From: Paraspadella gotoi
Lineage: Eukaryota; Animalia; Chaetognatha
Reading direction: 5' to 3'
DNA: 64,000 nt
NCBI GenBank assembly: GCA_051294375.1
Contig: CM119264.1
Location: 13,040,813-13,104,812, forward strand
A program made the position numbers and the translations under genes. The notes beneath the pieces are model-generated. The model made no database searches and was not told the DNA's origin. It saw only the letters and a program-made list of their open reading frames with translations. Shown here one piece after another: positions 56,226 to 64,000 of the stretch (position 1 is its first letter; each line of letters begins with the position of its first letter).

Positions 56226-59200
56226 CACTCCTTCCAGATAGTCTTCACTTTGACTAAATCCCTGGCCCTCCTCACCATCATCTCGCTGGCGGCGTCATGT
56301 TGAGTCGAGGCTACGACCAGAATCTCCGTCGAGGTTTCGAAGGATCAGATCAACTCTCAGCCAACTCCTTCGCTCTGGCGCTTTATCAGGTAGGCTTTGT
56401 CAGGCGGCATAAGGGATCTATTTAATAGGGCTTCATCTGGTAGGCTTTATCATATTGGAATGGATTCGATCGGGCTTATCAGGTTAGGTTTTTTAAATTA
56501 GCCTCATCAGGTCGGTATTTATCTGGAAGAGATTTATCAACAACGGTTTTTTTTTTTTCCGTGAACGACTTCATAAAGCCTATCGGCCATTATCAAGGAA
56601 GAACTCGAAGGAAAAAATGAGGAAGCTAATTAATAAACGCAGACGTAGAAGTGTTATGAAATTAAATTACAAAACCACGCGCCCCGTTTTTTTTTGTCCT
56701 CGATAACAGATAAAAGATAATAAAATTTCCCTCCTTTCAAACCCTAAAATGAAGTGCCTGTGGGCCTACGACGGATGGAATTACTTGAACTACGTGACGG
56801 AAGAGATAGTGAACCCTCGCGCAACATCCTCGCCGCGATGCTCGTTTCCGTCCCCGTCGTCACCTCGTCTACGTCCTCACCAACGTCGCTTACTTCACGG
56901 TCCTCTCACCCTACGAAGTCCTTCACATCGGTGAGACTATAGATAAACGAAACCACGTGGTGGCGTCTCAGACTTAATTTATTGATTTGAATTCGATATA
57001 TCGATTCTAAGATTAGTTTTGAGCTCATCCGAGGTTTATTTCTTTTTAATGTCATTATTTTTGGACAGTAGTGCCTATGAAGGCAGTATATTCGCACGTG
57101 CTTTAATATTTGATTAATATTCAGAATTTTTGATAATATATTTTCTGTGGCATCGTTTGCTTTTGGTTTTGATCTCAGGCGCCGTCGGCATCGGATTCGC
57201 TGACCGCGCCATGCCGACGGTGGCGCTCGTAGTTCCTCTCCTCATCGCCGCCTCTTGCTTTGGCGCCGCCAACACGGCCTGCTTCACCTCGGGCAGGATT
57301 TATTTCGCCGCCGGCAGAGAGGGTGAGAAGATGACGAACTCTGGATATTCTGAAGGCTTTGTACAAAGGAATAACACTTTACTATTTTCGTATAACTTTC
57401 CCAGGTAGTCAGATATTAATAAAGCCCGAAGTTAAATCCAATCCTCCATTCCAGGCCACGCCATCCGCACCCTCTCTATGGTGACGCGACGTTTCCACAC
57501 TCCGATGCCCGCCCTCATCCTCCAGTGTCTCATCTCCGTGGCGATGAACGCCTTGGGAGGCGTCGACCAACTCATCCGTTTCTTCTCCTTCGTCGCTTGG
57601 ATGTTTTACGGCCTCACGACTCTCGGTGATTTTGTGATTTTGGTGAAGACGTCTGCGTCTCGCCATCTGTTCCGTAACGAACGGGGGACGCCCGTGCACT
57701 CATGATCGTGATAAGCGAGCTCACCTATTTGGGATCGACCGAGAACATGCAGTGACGAGCCGTATGACGTAAATTGTTCAATTACCCCTGACCTTGCATC
57801 TCCTCCCCACTTCCACTCTTTCTCCATTCCGCAGGGGTCATCGTCCTCCGCGTGACGCGTCCAGACGCCCCTCGCCCCTTCCGCGTGCCCCTCGCCTTTC
57901 CCGTCGTCTTCGTTCTCGTCTGCGCGTATCTCGTGATGGCGCCGATCGTCGAGGATCCCAGGATAGAATTTTTGTGGGCCTTCCTCTTCGTCGTGGCAGG
58001 TGGGTCAAGTGACAGTCGGACTGACTGATTAAAATACTGAATCTGGCTAAGTGGATGACAACTGAAACCGCAATTTCATGTAAATCGAAATTTCAAGCAC
58101 AATGTATAAAATTGTACATATAAATTTTGTTCACGAGTTCAAAAACTCGGCGGAAAAATCGAAAGTCATCGTCTGTCCGGAAATTCGCGTCCTCTCGTCT
58201 TCTTCGCCGGAAGGAAATCGGCAAAAGGTGATGCGGAAGTCGGAATCATCCGCCGGAGCTGGATGAGCTGATGGTGCAATTTCTACCGGGAACGCTGGGG
58301 TTGTAGACTCAGTTGGCATCGTAAAAGATTCTTGTAAATCAGATTTGGTCGGGATTGCACCGCAATCGTCTTCTCGCGATTCATCCGGGACTCTCAAGTA
58401 AATGTAAAAGAGTTCAAAGGTTTCCCCATTGTTGTTATTGTTGTAGAGTCCATGAGGGACATTGGAAGGGATGAAGATTCCTTCGCAAGACTCGGCGGAA
58501 ATCTCAATAGATTCCCCGTCGATGAAGAGCCTGCCGGAAATGGTCGGAATAATTTCATATTGTTTATTTAACCTTTTTTAATTAATATTTTTTCTCGCCG
58601 ATAAAATTTCGCCTCCTCAGCTTTGTACTTGGTTTCAGTTTTCTTTTTTTTTTTCGCATGGTTACCTCTCCCTTTTTCTACTCCGCTTTCTTTTCCACCC
58701 TTCACGAGCGGAGAGCTACGTTTCTGGCAAAAGGAAAAAACGGATAAATCTTTACCTGCAAGAACCTTTTCTGGGAAAGTAGATTTCGGGTTCCCGGTGC
58801 CGATGATAAGTGGCTTTTTTGCCGGGCGCCAACCGCATGATTCCGGCCCTCGGTTCCCGAAAAAACCGTTTCCATTCTACGACGTGGGATTCGTCTAAAC
58901 CCGGGGTTTTGAATCGCGTCCACGGAGTGGAATCCGACGCCAGCGAAACGAGCCAACGTTTATTCATGAGAATTCATGTCGACGTTGAGAATAAAGTTTT
59001 TTTCTTAAAAAAAGAGAATGAAAAAATGCGCCTTGTTTCGATTTCTCTTCTGGGTCGTTTCGGGTAGCTCCGAATTAATTTTGATGACAGCTCGACGCTC
59101 ATTTCAATCAAAAAATTTCCGAAGTTGAATAACTCGTTTTAATTATTAAAAAGACTGCTACTGCTCAGAAACGAATGAACTTTGACAGAACCGAAGAGTG

Positions 59201-59530
59201 AAAATGAGATAAAAGCGAGGACAATATAGAATTTAACTTGGGCGCTGGTAATATATACGTAATCGCCGAACATCCGAAGACAAAAATATGAATTATATCT
59301 CAACTCAATTATCCCTTCATGATTTGACAGGCCTCTTCCTCTACATTCCATTCGGGATCTTCAAAGTGCACAACCGTTTCCACTTCCTGACGCAACCGTT
59401 GCTCTTTTTCGAGTATTTAATGGATTTGGGAGAATCCCTGGTGGCGGCGGACGACAGCCCGACGAAAATAAATGACAAACGCGAATCGAAAACAAAGAAG
59501 AAACTAAAGACTTTGTTTAAAAAATACTGA
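53718..59530 (+). CDS. SLC7 L-type amino acid transporter light chain (LAT/b0,+AT-like) with several apparent 1-nt frameshifts
   Basis: KRKVSLWEGVALMA-GGIVG-SGIFVSPTGV, CYAELSGVVPKSGGEYAYL, LWAYDGWNYLNYVTEEIVNP, SCFGAANTACFTSGRIYFAAGREG, TPMPAL, PRPFRVPL. Last exon GLFLYIPF...KY-stop at 59331-59530. Confidence 0.9.
58131..58967 (-). CDS. Cupin-fold metalloprotein resembling DddK/DddW-type DMSP lyases; 2 exons, ~203 aa, nested antisense in the last SLC7 intron
   Basis: Exons 58967-58756 and 58530-58131 joined by a GT-AG intron, 612 nt in frame. Cupin motif 1 GIMRLAPGKKATYHRHREPEIYFPRKG and motif 2 GIFIPSNVPHG. The cupin call is firm; the DMSP-lyase resemblance is inference. Confidence 0.8.
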
Positions 59531-60258
59531 CGCTTAAACATGAAGTGAAGTTTATTATTAATGAAGTTACAAATTAGTTTTTTAGCGTTTTAACCTTGAG
59601 AGACTCATTTTGGCTTTTTAAAAGAATTTAAACAAATTACAATAGGGTATTACAAACGTATCAATGGAAAGAAAGTCCTAATGCTAATTACTGTGTTGTA
59701 ATTATCAAATTGCCAAAGGTCAACATATCGAATAAATCCGCACAATTTGATATTTTTATTTAGTTTATTTCATTAAAACTTGCAGTTAATACGGGTTTAA
59801 CAAAAAAGTACATTTAGAATCAAGACAATCTTTTATAAATACAGAACAAAAAAAATTGATCATATTGATATGTAGCTCAAAACTACATACAACAAAATGT
59901 ATATATTTTTCTATCGCAATAAGGCAATATTGCAACAAATCAATGTAGAAATTATCTTTGCAAAAAGAAAAACCGTAACAAACAGATGATTAGATGAAAG
60001 ATTAATAATGAGGATTAGGTTTCTAGTAATAATTTTCAAAACAAATATAAATCGATTAAAGTGAACCACTCATCAAAATTTGAAATAGAAATTCGTTAAA
60101 GCAAAACAGAGCACAAAGTTTGATTCACAATGGCAATTTTCTTTTAGTCTAAGAAATAAATATATCTGAAATGGACTGACATAAAAAAGACTATCGCTTT
60201 TGTAAAAAAACAAAAGGCTGTTCTACACTTCAACTAGTCGAAATATTTTGACCTTACC

Positions 60259-62390
60259 TCACTGAATCGAGCTGTACCCCTTCTTTCCCCTCTGCTCCTC
60301 CTCCGAGATCAACGGAGCGCATTCCTCCCGTCCGGCGTTCCGGTACAGAATGAAATTTTGCACGACGAAGATCCCGGTGAAAATCCACGAGGCGAATCCG
60401 ACGCCGAACTTGGCGGGATTTCCGACCATCGACCAGATGTCGTCGCGATTCGCCGCCATCAGCGTCAGTTGTAGCACGAGGGAAGTGGAGCCGGAAAAGT
60501 CGAGGCAAATGTTGACGGACGAATATCCGGCCGTTGATTTTCGGCGCCAGTTCAGGTAAGCTTGTGGAGCGTACTTGACGACGCTTATGCCTGAGGGTCG
60601 GGAAGGAATGTGGAAGAGAATAAAAATAGGAAGTAATAGAGCAAGTAAGCGAAAAGCGTACATTATCCACAAAGACCCGACCTATTTTGATGTAGCTGTA
60701 GACGTGGATAAAGGAAAGCCAATCCATCGTTCCCGTGAAGGCAATCGGCAGACAGATTAACGGAGCCAGGAAGAAAACTACGAGAGCGAACCAGGACATC
60801 TTGGAAAGGCGTTGCCCTCCGTCAGGGAGGCAGGCGCACTAGTAATGGGGTTTGAGTTAATTATGAAAGGTTTATGAAACGAGAAAAAAAAATTAAGGAA
60901 CAAATGTATTCCTCAAGTTCACCTGGAGCGCCAGCAGGGCGATGAGCGCCGTGTTGTGAATCACCGAAGCCAAATCAGGAATTTCCACAGGAATCGGGGA
61001 GTGTGGGTGTTCGCGGAAGTAGATGGCTTGGATATAGGGGCTCCAGTACATGCTGCACATCACGACATCGTAGGATGTGTAGGCGAGAATGTTGAGAAGT
61101 CCGTAGTCGATGCTGAAGCCTGGGAGGAAGTGGTAAAGTAGAAATGTAAACTGAGAACATTAAAAAACCTTTGACAACAATCCACAAACCGTCATTTGTT
61201 TTAAAACAATAAGTCGTTTAATTTAAAGATGATTCAGTTAATCAATTAATCGATCAAAATGTTTTCACTAATGAAAAAAGCAATCGAAATTTGTTGATTT
61301 ATTGATATCCCGATAAATCATAAACTTAATCATGCTTTTCAGTCAACTTATCAATCTGAAGATTAAAAATTCATTCTCTCTCAACCTGACACGCTCCAAG
61401 ATTTGAAGTTGAGGAAGACTTGTGGATAGTAGGAGACGCCCCAAAAGACCATGTAGGTCCAGCCGAGGATGTTGTTAAAGATCTTGAGGTTGGCCGAGTG
61501 GACGACGTCGACGACGACGAAGGTGTGGTTGAAGGAGTTGATGGAGTTTAGCTCGGAGGAAGTGGAGCGAAGAACCAGAGTCACTTGACCTGAATTGAGA
61601 AAAGGGGGAGAAAAAAAGTACAAAGTTGAGAATTCCACTTAGGATAATACAAAGTCTTTTCAAGCGCTTTATGTACATACTGAATCTCAACTAAAAAGAA
61701 ATAGAAATAAACTCACCGACTTTCCGCGCTGTGATGGACACCGCTTTCACTTGAGCCGTTGTTCGGTTGTAGTTCGCTTCAAATCTTAAGCTGTGAATGT
61801 CGGCTAAGACACCGCCTGACGAATTCTTAACAGTGTCTTCGTCGTAAAAACTAACCAAAAAAATAATAAATTATTAAGGAAAAACCTACTATTTAATGAT
61901 AAAGTTATCAAAAAGAAAAGTAAATTGTACAATATCATATAGATATAAACAAAAGAAAACAATTACCCGATTTCGACCTCGGCGTCGTATTCTAGTTTCT
62001 CCAGCAAAACGACGTCGACGAAAATTCGTCTCCCGACTTGAACCGACACTTCCTGTTAGTTGGTAGAATTGGAGTTGTGCTTATTAAATTTAAAGAGATA
62101 GAAAGAAAGAAAGAAAAAGAAAAAAGTCCGCGCGAGCGAATTTTTCATATAAATTAAACTTTTAACTTCTATCTTATTTAGTGACGCCTACACTAGTCGT
62201 CACATCCCAGCCTCACGTGAAACCACCCTTCTGACATCACAAGCCTCACCTTTTCGTCGAAGAAAATCTTTGGTTCTTTTCTCGCCAAATAATTGGCGTA
62301 GAAGTCGACGTCGTCTTCAGCGACGACGACGACGACGACGACGAACGTCATAACGAAAAAAGTAAACAAACTTTGGCGCAGGAGCTTCAT
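60259..62390 (-). CDS. CTNS: Cystinosin (lysosomal PQ-loop cystine transporter) homologue
   Basis: Signal peptide and luminal domain; LGWTYMVFWGVSYYPQVFLNFK; SYIKIG-ISVVKYAPQAYLNWRRKSTAGYS; GNPAKFGVG; C-terminal GYSSI resembling the GYDQL sorting motif. Confidence 0.9.
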
Positions 62391-62770
62391 TTTTTTGGGG
62401 GTTAGTTTAAATTAATTAATGATTTAATGATTAGACGTAATTTCTCTTGATTAAAATTTGAATCAAAGGGTCTTCGACCGATCTCGAGGTTTGAACGAGA
62501 AGTAAATTTTTTTTTTGATCTTTAAACTTTGACTGTTCGTCGTCCTCTTGACAGATAAAATCAGAAAAAGAGATGAAAGTTCGTTTTTTTCTTCTTTGAT
62601 TTTATCGTTGGTTTTATTTAATGGTACATGAGCCTTTGTTTCTTGTGACTTTTTGGTTTCTTTTTGATTTGAATTTTTTTGGTTGTTGTTGTTTTATTTT
62701 GGTTTTTTTTTCGGAACAATTCCCTCGTGTCTCTTGGAAAAGTGGACGAAAACTGAATGACCCCTCGGGG

Positions 62771-62851
<81 letters not shown>

Positions 62852-64000
62852 TCTTTGTTTCGCGTTCCTTTCATACTCTCGGCTGTTCTTCCCCCCTGCT
62901 GAGGATTACTGGTCATTTTAGCCACGTGACCTTTTCGCTAGTTCGAAACCAAAAAGGAAGTCGGCCAGACGGACTGATTGTTCTTCTTCTTGAGCATCGT
63001 CCAGACAGGGGCTTCAGTATTTTAAATTTAAGGTTTCGTTTCTTTTTTTTATTTCTTCCTTTCTTTTTAGGTTTGAGAGAATCTGTTGTCTTTGATAAGA
63101 AGAACCGTTGTCACTGCAGCTCATCAAGTAAATATTTTTGTAAGGAATATATAGTGAATATGTACATTTTATCAGTTTGTCTACATGTTTTTTCCACGCT
63201 ATTATATATATATATTAAGGCGGGCCAAAATTTTTATCATTAGGAGTTCTGTAATATAAAATTCATTCGTCCATCATATGTGAAGCACAGTATAACATTT
63301 TTTTTTAAATTTTATTTTTTAAAAACGGATTCAGATAGCCCATTAAAAGTTGTCTACACAAAGTATAATGCGTTTTTCAATATATCGATGATAAGGGTAT
63401 AGGGAAAAACCTTTAAAAATCAACATCATCATCATCATACCATAATTTTCACAGTTTTTGCTAATTTTAACCAAAATCATAAAAATTTGGAAATCTTGTA
63501 ATAATTTTTTTTCAAGCTCTACCCGAATCCTTTTTTAAAAATTCTGAATTAAAAAAAAAAATTTCACAATTTATAGTAACACAATAAACTTTAAATTCTC
63601 TGTTATTAACTATACATAAAATCTTAAATTTTTAAAAAAATTTGTTATCCACAGGGATGCTCTAACGTTATTTATATTACAGAACTCTTAGTTTTTACCT
63701 TGTTCCGCCTTAAATATATATATATGTAATTATAATATTATATAATTTTGCAACTTTCATATTTATTTCTATTTGAAGATACAATTATTATACCATCAAC
63801 CATAATACTATGGAGCAAATAGTTACATATGAGTATTCTAAAAGTCAATTAAGAACAACCTTCTACTTCATTAAACCTGGTTTTATTAAAATGCTTTTGT
63901 AAAAAAAAAATTTTAAAATGCTACATAGTGAATTGTATATGTCTTTTGTGTATTTCCTGTGCAGTTTGCCAAATGAGTTTATTACAACTAAAGTGTAGCT

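Noticed and set aside
58623-58898. Plus-strand ORF as the last exon of SLC7
   Set aside because: The exon at 59331-59530 (GLFLYIPF...) fits the SLC7 TM12 and C-terminus, and this region encodes the cupin on the opposite strand.

Overview
AT-rich, intron-rich eukaryotic DNA, most likely a ciliated invertebrate animal, with many (CT/AG)n, (ATTG)n and (TTTA/TTTC)n microsatellites and a 10-N gap at 2647-2656. Gene models were spliced by hand. In order: the 3' end of a Met/Gly-rich protein gene (+); an LDLa-domain single-pass receptor with a PPPY tail (-); a class B1 peptide-hormone GPCR (+); two tandem paralogous class C GPCRs, each with two Venus flytrap modules and no nine-Cys domain (-); a SPATA48/SPMIP7 homologue (-) hosting tRNA-Arg(ACG); a CD151/TSPAN11-like tetraspanin (-); an SLC7 amino acid transporter (+) with an intron-containing DddK/DddW-like cupin gene nested antisense in its last intron; and cystinosin (-). 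The top candidate for an undescribed system is a miniature non-coding LTR retroelement family. It has one complete copy (7046-7757) and four solo LTRs with exact 4-bp TSDs, and its LTR appears to carry a circularly permuted (type P5) twister ribozyme, making it a putative animal LTR 'twister retrozyme'. All homology calls come from recalled family motifs; no searches were run.
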